Source: Candidatus Woesearchaeota archaeon (GTDB taxonomy: Archaea > Nanobdellota > Nanobdellia > SCGC-AAA011-G17 > GW2011-AR18). From it: DNA of 37,589 nt. A program made the position numbers and the translations under genes. Numbering within the stretch: the first letter of the stretch is position 1; every line of letters starts with the position of its first letter. This document shows positions 10,014 to 17,800 of this stretch, piece after piece. The notes under the pieces are model-generated. The model did not search any database and was not told where the DNA came from. It saw only the letters and a program-made list of their open reading frames with translations. The stretch spans positions 1-37,589 of the forward strand of contig JAGVZG010000020.1 in the NCBI GenBank assembly GCA_018302765.1, written 5' to 3'.

Positions 10014-10957
10014 GGCTCTGGTGCATTCCTAAGTTTTAAGTAAAATAAGGCATAGCCTCCTTTACGTTGTGAAACAAAAGGAGTTGATACCATACCTCAA
10101 AAGAAATTAGAACATGAAGATTACTTAAAATTTGTGAGTGAAGCATTAGAGCTTGCTAAGAAGATTCCTAGATACTTTAGCAGGTTTTCAAACCATATTT
10201 ATTGCAATCATCAGAAGCTAACAATCTATATTCTTATGCAGAAACTTAAGCTAATTACAAGAGACGTTGTTAGCTTTCTTAGAAGCAATTCGAATATTTG
10301 TATGCACTTTGGTTTATTTAGAATTCCAGGGCATACAACAATAGTAAGATTCGTTGCTAAGATTAAAAAACAAATAGATTTAGTGCTTGACATTAGGCAA
10401 GCACTAAGTGTTGCTGTTGATTCAACAGGATTTGAATTAGAAACTAAGAGTTATTATTACAGAACTACATGGAATAGTGATAAAAGACAAAAAGCCAAGT
10501 GATATTCTAAATTAAGTATCTGTATAGACACAGACAAACAACTTATTATGAAATATAAAACAAGAAGAAAACTAAGGCATGATAATCAAGACTTCAAATA
10601 TCTGCTTAAAAATTTACAATTTAATCAAGTGGTAGCAGACAGAGGATATGACGATAAGAAACTTAGATCATATGTAATAAACAAACTGAAATCAATACCA
10701 ATAATTCCTTATAGAAAAACAAGTGGAGTAAGAAGCTTGAAGGTAGGAAGGAGAAAACCAAAGATAGATGAGAATAAATATCATCAGAGAAGTAAGATAG
10801 AAACTATATTCTCTGTAATTAAAAGAAAATATGGTTCAGTACTTAGGAATAAAAGCTATGCAACCCAGCAAGTTGAATTGATAAGCAAATTAATAACTCA
10901 TAATTTAGACAGAAAGCTAAATTATCTTTTGCTTATCCTAGGAGTTGCACCAGAGCC
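10014..10957 (+). mobile_element. IS5-family insertion sequence (IS903-like ends), 944 bp
   Basis: Perfect 12-bp terminal inverted repeats GGCTCTGGTGCA (10014-10025) / TGCACCAGAGCC (10946-10957) enclosing a DDE transposase. No flanking direct repeat is seen. Confidence 0.88.
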
Positions 10958-11048
10958 GATATTAAAAAACTTTAATATTAAACAAAAAAATCAACTTTTC
11001 TTAACAATTAAATTGTCCTACACTCGCAATGCTAGAACACCTATTTGA
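10092..11048 (+). pseudogene. IS5-family DDE transposase interrupted by an in-frame TGA
   Basis: ORFs 10134-10502 and 10548-11048 are in one frame, joined as KRQKAK*YSKLSICIDTDKQLIMK. DDE motifs AVDSTG, VADRGYD and RSKIETIFSVIKR. SD-like GGAGTTGAT precedes ATA at 10092. Confidence 0.85.
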
Positions 11049-11651
11049 ATTCTGAATAATTGATAGGCTTTTTCCGTTTCCTGTTATTTTTTCAAATTCC
11101 CCAATATTACATCTGCTTTGAATTTCTTCTGTTTTATTATAAGCTTCACCAGTACATGTATAATTATCATTGTATCGCTCTGAATATATTTTATTACAAG
11201 AATTAATTTTCACAGATTCAAACAACGAATTAGAGGTAGAACTAAAACATTTACTCCAACCACAATCAGTACCACCAGAAGAACACCATCCCCAATGATA
11301 AAATAATTCAAATGGTGATTTGCCTTTATATGTCCCTTTTGCTTTAAAATATCCACCTCGAGTATAATCAATGTCTATACAGTCTAAATTATAATCTGCT
11401 CTATCAAAACCAAATTGATATTTTATAGTATCATAAAAATTGTCTTGAATCTCTTTAATGTACTCTTTAGCTAAAGTCTGATTATCAATTGACAACTCAA
11501 GATTATCAAAAAAATTTGATCCACTACTACAACTTTTTACCATTGAGACTTCAACAGTAGCTAATTGATTTTTTGGATATTTAAAAATAAAAACTGAAGT
11601 GCCAAGAATCATAAACAAAATTATGATAATTAAAATAATGTTTCTTTTCAC
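11001..11651 (-). CDS. Secreted or membrane-anchored Cys-rich hypothetical protein
   Basis: GTG start, N-terminal MKRN followed by a hydrophobic stretch, and 10 Cys in the mature part. Confidence 0.75.
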   Translation of the reverse strand: MKRNIILIIIILFMILGTSVFIFKYPKNQLATVEVSMVKSCSSGSNFFDNLELSIDNQTLAKEYIKEIQDNFYDTIKYQFGFDRADYNLDCIDIDYTRGGYFKAKGTYKGKSPFELFYHWGWCSSGGTDCGWSKCFSSTSNSLFESVKINSCNKIYSERYNDNYTCTGEAYNKTEEIQSRCNIGEFEKITGNGKSLSIIQNSNRCSSIASVGQFNC

Positions 11652-11806
11652 ATTTTAACTCTACGATTTAGTATTTATATTATTATCTATTTTTCAAAAT
11701 CAAGAGTTTTCATCAAAGAAGCTGCTGTTGCTCTTATGCTGACATATGAATGAGCTACATTGAATAAAGAAGTGACGTCCTCTCAGGCCTAAAGGCCTGA
11801 GCTTCC

Positions 11807-12253
11807 TTAGTTTGAAACCAAACAGTGGTGTGCATCCTGATTGTTCACATAGTCTATTGTTTTCTCCAAGTCACTAAATCCTACAGTTGCTGAGAAATAT
11901 CCTTGACTCCACAAGTATCCTTTAGGATATCTTTTTCTAAAATTAGATACTAACCTAAAAAGTAAAAAACTAGTAAATCCCTTGAGCAAGTTTACTGCTT
12001 TTACATCAGACATTCCCTTAGGTAAACTTGCTACTGCATGCAAATGACTTGCTACTGCATGCAAATGATCTTCTTGTACATTTAGAGTCTTAAATTCTAT
12101 TTCATATCGTTTAGCTGCTTCGTACAAAGCAATAATACAAAAGTTTTTATTCTTCTCTTTCCTAAATATCTTGTACCTATATTTAGGACACCATTCTAAG
12201 TGCCAGAAGTTAGTTCCAATAGAATGGTTAAAGTTTAGGTATGTGTTTTCCAT
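11807..12253 (-). CDS. tnpA: IS200/IS605 HUH (Y1) transposase
   Basis: HLEWCPKYRYKIF, HUH motif HLH (duplicated), KGFTS, LWSQGYFSATVG, catalytic YVNNQ. AGGAG SD before ATG at 12253. Confidence 0.92.
   Translation of the reverse strand: MENTYLNFNHSIGTNFWHLEWCPKYRYKIFRKEKNKNFCIIALYEAAKRYEIEFKTLNVQEDHLHAVASHLHAVASLPKGMSDVKAVNLLKGFTSFLLFRLVSNFRKRYPKGYLWSQGYFSATVGFSDLEKTIDYVNNQDAHHCLVSN
12026..12067. repeat. Perfect 21-bp tandem duplication inside tnpA
   Basis: ACTTGCTACTGCATGCAAATG twice (12026-12046, 12047-12067), giving HLHAVAS-HLHAVAS. Confidence 0.95.
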
Positions 12254-12957
12254 TTTTAGCTCCTGCGTAGAGTTATAGTTAACACTAAGCAAAACTCAAG
12301 ATGATGCACGCGCAAACTCCTCTACGCAGTTTTTATCTTGATTTAGAACTAAAAAAAGATTACTTCTACACCGCGTTCATCTCAGACCTAAAGGTCTATC
12401 CATCAAGCTAAAGCTTGACAGTTTTCTCGCAGACTAGAATAATAAAATCATCTAGTTCTGAAGGTTTTAAAACTAAACTTCCATCTTGAAATTCCCTTTC
12501 ATATGTAAAAACTAAATTATTTTCTATAATATGTAGGTAATAAAACGAAAGATTTCCACGAACACTAATAACTAAATAAATTGTTTCTTTAGCAGAAGGA
12601 TTCACACCTATAACAAGTATGCTCCTGACTTCTAAATTTATTCTACTAGTGTTTGCATTTGTTAATGAAATTAAAGAATATCCAAAGACAATATCTTTCT
12701 AATAAAGAACAACTACCTTCATTAGTTAAAATATTTAAAGGTATTTTTCTTTGTGCTGCATAAAAACCATAACTCGTAAAACCCTAGATTCTATATCCTG
12801 ATCTGCATACAAACATTGATCAGAACTAATCTTAACAATATTCATCATACCTTCACCAGATTTAGCTGCACTAACTTCAAATGTTTTCTGATCAAATCTT
12901 AACATTTTAAAACACAAAAAGGAAAAACTATATAATTATTACTAATTGAATTACATC

Positions 12958-13584
12958 ATGATACCAACAGGTTCAGAAGACTTAGATAATTTTCTTAAAG
13001 GCTATGAAGAAAATTCAATAAGTTTAATATATGGAGAAGCAGGCTCAGGAAAAACAACAATCTGTTTATTATCAGTAATAGAACAAGCATTAAACAATAA
13101 AAAAGTTCTATTTCTTGATACTGAAAGAAATTTTTCAACTGAAAGATTTGAACAATTACTAAATAATAGAGATAAAGAATGTTTAAAAAACATTTTGGTT
13201 CTGAAAATAAAAAATTTTAATATGCAACATATACAAATAAAAAACTTAGAAAATATAAAGAAAATATCTTTAATTGTTGTAGATTCAATAACGCACTATT
13301 ACAGAAGGTTATATAGCAGAGAACCAGAATTAGCAAAAGGTATGCTGAACAAACAACTAAGTATATTAAATAAAATATCAAAAAATAATATTCCTATTTT
13401 AATAACAAGTCAAGTTTACTCAAATATGAACAATAACATTCTTCCTGTAGGAAAAGATATTATAAAAAAATTCTCAAATATAAATATAAAATTAGAAAAA
13501 AATCCAAGAAAAATAATAGACGAAACAAAAAAATTGTCAATAAATTTTAAAATAATGAATGAAGGGATAAAAATAATAAATTGA
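12958..13584 (+). CDS. radB: RadB-like RecA-family ATPase
   Basis: MIPTGSEDLDNFL, Walker A GEAGSGKT, FLDTERNFS, Walker B LIVVDS, ILITSQVY. No RadA N-terminal HhH domain. ATG 12958 preferred over TTG 12946. Confidence 0.85.
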   Translation: MIPTGSEDLDNFLKGYEENSISLIYGEAGSGKTTICLLSVIEQALNNKKVLFLDTERNFSTERFEQLLNNRDKECLKNILVLKIKNFNMQHIQIKNLENIKKISLIVVDSITHYYRRLYSREPELAKGMLNKQLSILNKISKNNIPILITSQVYSNMNNNILPVGKDIIKKFSNINIKLEKNPRKIIDETKKLSINFKIMNEGIKIIN

Positions 13585-13651
13585 AATAGATAATTGGAAG
13601 ATTGCTTAAAATTTACATAAAGCTTAATAAGTAATTACTATAAAAAATGCC

Positions 13652-14188
13652 ATGGCAAATAAATTTATAGCACGAGATCTTAGCTACTACGAACAAGCAG
13701 GCTTAAAATATAATTTACCTATAGAAAAATTATTAGCTTCAAAAAGAATAACTGCCGGAGGATTACCAGAAAGTCTTGTTGGAGAAGGTCAGGCATATTT
13801 CGCAGCAATATTTCAAAGCGTGCCAAAAGAAGGACTATGTCTTCAGTGGACTTTCAATTATAAAATAAGAGGGACAAGAAATTTTATTAATAATCATTTA
13901 ATACAAAGAGATTTTTATGATCCATTAAGAAATTTAGATATAGAAGCAGAAACATATCACTTCCTTTTATGTGAACCGGAAAATAATACTCCTAATCGTA
14001 AAATTGTTGCAGGTTTAAGATTTGATGGTAAAAATAGAAATGTTGAAGTTAGAAAAGATTTTCATTCTGAAACAAAAGAAGAATTAACAAGATTATTAGA
14101 AGTAGAATTAAAGTGTGAAGAAAAAATTGCATTGTCTCTATTACTAATTGAACAAATGGTAAACTTTTATGCAAATATTAAAAAATAA
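13652..14188 (+). CDS. Hypothetical protein (178 aa)
   Basis: Clean ORF with an upstream TATA-like element; no motif recognised. Confidence 0.7.
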   Translation: MANKFIARDLSYYEQAGLKYNLPIEKLLASKRITAGGLPESLVGEGQAYFAAIFQSVPKEGLCLQWTFNYKIRGTRNFINNHLIQRDFYDPLRNLDIEAETYHFLLCEPENNTPNRKIVAGLRFDGKNRNVEVRKDFHSETKEELTRLLEVELKCEEKIALSLLLIEQMVNFYANIKK

Positions 14189-14191
14189 TTA

Positions 14192-16387
14192 TTATTTAGG
14201 TATTTTCTCTATATATTTGCATTTAGGATATCCAGGACAAGCTAAAAATGGTCCATAAAATCCATTCTTAATAACTAATTGAGATCCACAATTAGGACAT
14301 TTTTTACCTTCAACCAATTTTCTAAGTCTTTCTTCCTCAGCTTTCTTACTTTCACAATTAGGATTTATACATAACTCTTGTGGTTTTCTTTTAGCTCTAA
14401 ATATTAAAACCATTGGATAACAACAAATATCACAATCTTTTTCTGCGCCTTTTACTTTTCCATTTTTAGGTAAAGCAAAAGTAGTTTTGCATCCTTGTTC
14501 ATACTTATCACAAGCAGCAAATAAACCAAATTTGCCTCTTCTCATCTGCAAATTTCCTTCTTTGCATACAGGGCATTTTCCAATAAAAACCTCTTTATCC
14601 CTTGTTTCAATTGCTGCCTGCCCCAATTCCTTTCCAATTTCCTTTTCTTTTTTCTTAAAATGATCTAATGCCTTAGTCAAAAAATCTTTGGCTTCAACTA
14701 TAACTTCCTCACCTTTCTTCTTGCCTTCTTGTATAGAATCCATATCTTCTTCAAATTTCCTAGTTAAAGAAACATCCAAAACTTCAGGACAATACTTCTC
14801 TAAGGCTTCAACAGTTTTCATTCCTAAATATGTAACAACAATTGGTTTATCAGAAATATAATTTCTATCAAAAAGATTTTGAACTATTGTGCTCCTTGTG
14901 GCTTTAGTCCCAATATTATTCTTTTCCATTTCCTTAATAATAGAAGCTTCATTATATCTTGCAGGAGGTTTAGTTTCTTTATCGTGGATTTTTATTTCAT
15001 TAATATTTATTTCATCTTTAAGATTTAACTTAGGCAATTCTTCATCTTCTAATTTAACAAATTTTTCATATAGTTCATGCCACCCTCTCTCTTTGGTTCT
15101 TGTTCCTTTAGCAATAAATAATTCCTTATTAACATCAATTTCAACAGTTAATGTCTCTCTTACAGCGTCATCTCCAAAAGTAGCAAAGAATCTTCTAACT
15201 ATTAATTCATGCAAACTAGCTGCTTTATCATCAATTTTTCCAGGCAATTCACCGGTGGGGTAAATAGCAGGGTGTGCAGGATCTTCTTTCTTACCATTAT
15301 TAGGAATTAATTTATCTTTATTCAATAAAAATAAGGTTTCTTTTGGAAAAATTTTAGATAAACCTTTCAATATTTTTTTATAACCAATACTTTCAGGTAA
15401 TTTTTGACTAGAAGTTCTAGGATATGAAATCCAACCATTTGTATAAAGATCCTGAGCAATTTCTAAAGTTCTTTGTGGGCTTATTCCCAAAACAGCATAA
15501 GCTTCAATCTGCAAAGAAGTTAAATCAAATGGATTTGGAGTTTTTTGCTTGAACTCTTTAAGTTCAAGACTGCTAACAAATGCTTTTTTTCCTTTACAAT
15601 TTTTTAAAACAATTTCAGCCTTGGATTTTTCCCAAAACTTATCTTGTTTATACCAAGCACTGATACCTTCTTTATTTTTATTTTCTCCTAATAATTCAAT
15701 TTCCCAAAAAGGAACAGACTTGAAAGCAGAAATTTCTTTTTCTCTCTCAGATAATATCTTTAAAGTTGGACCTTGTACTCTTCCAGTACTTAATAATTTA
15801 AACATTCCAGTAGAATTTTTTACACTTAATGTCAAAGCTCTTGAAAGATTTAATCCCCATAACCAATCTAATGAATGTCTAGTAACTCCTGATTCAATTT
15901 GTGGAAAATCTAAATGAGGCATTGCATGTTCATAACTCTCAACAAGTTCATCTTTAGTTAAAGTACTATACTTCATTCTTTTGCCATCAGTTTTATCACA
16001 AATAAACCTAATAACATTAAATCCAATAGTGCTTCCTTCAATATCAAAGTCGCATGCATTAACCACTTCTCCAGCATCCTTAGATAATTTTTTAATAATA
16101 TCAACATAAGATTTAGAAAAAAGAGCGCTTTTACTCACTTGGTAACTTGGTCTCCATTCATAAGAAAATATAGGATAGCTCCATCCTTTCTTCTTATCTT
16201 TTTCAGCTAAATTGAATAAATGACCTACAGCACAAGCTACAACAATCTTTTTCCCACCGTGTTCTATTTCATAGTAAGAAACCTTGCCAACTGTTTTTTT
16301 AATAGGTTTTTTATCTGCTAAAGCTTCAGCTACTTTTAATGAAGCATTTGGTTTTTCACAAATAATTAATTCATATTTCCCTGACAT
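14192..16387 (-). CDS. topA: DNA topoisomerase type IA with C-terminal Zn ribbons
   Basis: TOPRIM IICEKP, ACDFDIEG, STGRVQGPTL, catalytic ISYPRT, IGTKATR, and three C4 Zn-ribbon repeats. Confidence 0.96.
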   Translation of the reverse strand: MSGKYELIICEKPNASLKVAEALADKKPIKKTVGKVSYYEIEHGGKKIVVACAVGHLFNLAEKDKKKGWSYPIFSYEWRPSYQVSKSALFSKSYVDIIKKLSKDAGEVVNACDFDIEGSTIGFNVIRFICDKTDGKRMKYSTLTKDELVESYEHAMPHLDFPQIESGVTRHSLDWLWGLNLSRALTLSVKNSTGMFKLLSTGRVQGPTLKILSEREKEISAFKSVPFWEIELLGENKNKEGISAWYKQDKFWEKSKAEIVLKNCKGKKAFVSSLELKEFKQKTPNPFDLTSLQIEAYAVLGISPQRTLEIAQDLYTNGWISYPRTSSQKLPESIGYKKILKGLSKIFPKETLFLLNKDKLIPNNGKKEDPAHPAIYPTGELPGKIDDKAASLHELIVRRFFATFGDDAVRETLTVEIDVNKELFIAKGTRTKERGWHELYEKFVKLEDEELPKLNLKDEININEIKIHDKETKPPARYNEASIIKEMEKNNIGTKATRSTIVQNLFDRNYISDKPIVVTYLGMKTVEALEKYCPEVLDVSLTRKFEEDMDSIQEGKKKGEEVIVEAKDFLTKALDHFKKKEKEIGKELGQAAIETRDKEVFIGKCPVCKEGNLQMRRGKFGLFAACDKYEQGCKTTFALPKNGKVKGAEKDCDICCYPMVLIFRAKRKPQELCINPNCESKKAEEERLRKLVEGKKCPNCGSQLVIKNGFYGPFLACPGYPKCKYIEKIPK

Positions 16388-16433
16388 TAAAACAATCTCA
16401 AGAAAGAAAACCTATATAAATTTATATGAAAAA

Positions 16434-17066
16434 TTAAATCTCTATAATTTTCCCGTTTCTTCCAACATTTACAACCTTTGTGTTCCCAATTAAATCTTCT
16501 ACTCCCTCTGCCTCATGAACATGTCCACATAGTAACAAGTCTGGTTTTAAAATATCAATTGCTTTTCTCACACCCTTGCTCCCCCATCTAGGAAACATTT
16601 TATCTACAATTGTTCCTTCAGGATGTACATGAGTAACCATTATTCTCTTTTCAGAACCCTTAACATAATAAAATCCTTTTTTCAAAACTTCAAAGGTCTC
16701 TTCATCTGACAGGGCGTCTAATCCAACATTCGCTCCACCACAGCCAAAAAATCCAACATGATAATATTTCGCATATTTCCCATGTAGATTTTTTACATTG
16801 TATAGATCAGCTAAAAAATCACCCAAAGCAAGACCATCATGATTGCCTGGAACCAGCAACACTTTTTTTCCTTTATCTTTAAATGGTTTGATTATATTTT
16901 TAGTTTCCAATGGGCTTGTTATATCCCCACATAAAACAACCAAATCCACGTTCTCTTTTTCAGCTCTGTCAGCTAATTTCATAACTTGAAAAGAATCACC
17001 ATGAAGGTCACTAGCAGCTAGAATTTTCAATTTCTTTTTATTTTCCATGATTATATTGGTAACCAT
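16434..17066 (-). CDS. Calcineurin-like metallophosphoesterase
   Basis: SDLHGD, LCGDI, PGNHD, VTHVHP, CGHVHE. The start may instead be ATG 17048. Confidence 0.9.
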   Translation of the reverse strand: MVTNIIMENKKKLKILAASDLHGDSFQVMKLADRAEKENVDLVVLCGDITSPLETKNIIKPFKDKGKKVLLVPGNHDGLALGDFLADLYNVKNLHGKYAKYYHVGFFGCGGANVGLDALSDEETFEVLKKGFYYVKGSEKRIMVTHVHPEGTIVDKMFPRWGSKGVRKAIDILKPDLLLCGHVHEAEGVEDLIGNTKVVNVGRNGKIIEI

Positions 17067-17160
17067 GCATTTTATATAATTAATAGATTTATATATATTA
17101 CTAATCAGTAGTAATTTTAATAATTTTTATCTTAAGTTATACTTAGAAATAAATTAAAGT

Positions 17161-17191
17161 AAAAAGCCGATAAAAACTACAATTTTTATCG
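17161..17191 (-). terminator. Hairpin + U-tract overlapping the stop of the 99-aa gene
   Basis: Minus strand CGATAAAAA-TTGTAG-TTTTTATCG-GC-TTTTT: a 9-bp perfect stem followed by T5. Confidence 0.4.
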
Positions 17192-17485
17192 TCCTCTCTT
17201 TTTCTTTTTGTGTGTTTCAAAAGCAGAAGCACATTCTTCACTGCAAAATCTATAATGATGATCTTCAATTTCTTCTTCAATAAAATTTTCACCAACTAAA
17301 ACTTTGCCACACTTAGCACATTTGGCTTCATGTTCTCCTTCTTCATAACCTTCAACAAAGCCTTCCTCTAATTCTGTAATTTCATCAGCTTCTTCTAATT
17401 TATCTCTTCCTTCTTCATCATAAATATCATCTTCATGCTCTCCTTCTTCAAAATCAGGATCTTGATCTAACGGTTTTTTTGTCAT
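17186..17485 (-). CDS. Highly acidic protein with C-terminal TRASH/YHS-like Zn-binding motif
   Basis: Asp/Glu-rich N-half, CAKC...YRFCSEEC, basic tail HKKKKRGR. Confidence 0.75.
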   Translation of the reverse strand: MTKKPLDQDPDFEEGEHEDDIYDEEGRDKLEEADEITELEEGFVEGYEEGEHEAKCAKCGKVLVGENFIEEEIEDHHYRFCSEECASAFETHKKKKRGR

Positions 17486-17518
17486 TTTTGTTTATCTCCT
17501 ATCTTAACAATTTTCCTT

Positions 17519-17800
17519 TTAATTTTTATATATTTCTTGCTTTTCATATTTCTCTTCTTTTGAGAACCATTTTGCAGCAATGCTTACATCAATTACTTTC
17601 TTTTGTAAATCTATTAAATTTTTTAACAAATTATAAATCACTTCTTTTGTATCTTGACTTGAAAAAGCAATCAATTCTGCAATTTTCTTTAGTGATTCAT
17701 CTTTAATTTCACGAGAAAGAGTTCTATAATTATCATTTGCATATAAATTCGTTCTTAGAATAAGTTCTTTTAATTCTTTTTCATATTGTTTATCAATCAT
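17519..17800 (-). CDS. Hypothetical helical protein (93 aa), coupled to serS
   Basis: ATG immediately follows the serS stop codon. Confidence 0.7.
   Translation of the reverse strand: MIDKQYEKELKELILRTNLYANDNYRTLSREIKDESLKKIAELIAFSSQDTKEVIYNLLKNLIDLQKKVIDVSIAAKWFSKEEKYEKQEIYKN

Larger units (their letters stand above)
11772..12438 (-). mobile_element. IS200/IS605-family element, tnpA only (no tnpB)
   Basis: Right end (minus) GGAAG-CTCAGGCCT-TT-AGGCCTGAG-AGGACG-TCAC, with the hairpin at 11782-11801. Left end GCGAGAAAA plus hairpins at 12384-12418, preceded by target TTAT. The left boundary could be 12441 instead (overlapping TTAT). Confidence 0.88.
11687..12905 (-). pseudogene. Hypothetical gene (~183 codons when reconstructed) split by the IS200 element and carrying further stops/frameshifts
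   Basis: ORFs 12735-12917 and 12408-12605 share a frame. Joining 12439 to 11771 continues that frame to TAG at 11687 (ELDDFII|SLFNVAHSYVSIRATAASLMKTLDFEK*). Three in-frame stops cluster at 12699-12737. Confidence 0.55.

Noticed and set aside
9962-10093. N-terminal 44 residues of the ORF-track 160-aa protein
   Set aside because: They run through the promoter and the IS5 left end (APEP is the TIR); the real start is ATG 9961.
10500-10502. TGA as evidence of a recoded genetic code or selenocysteine
   Set aside because: TGA terminates several intact genes here (7169, 13584, 25688), no other gene has internal TGA, and no SECIS-like hairpin was seen.
11652-11806. Possible tnpB or omegaRNA after tnpA
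   Set aside because: The tnpA stop is followed within a few bases by the right-end hairpin and TCAC; there is no room for, or remnant of, tnpB.
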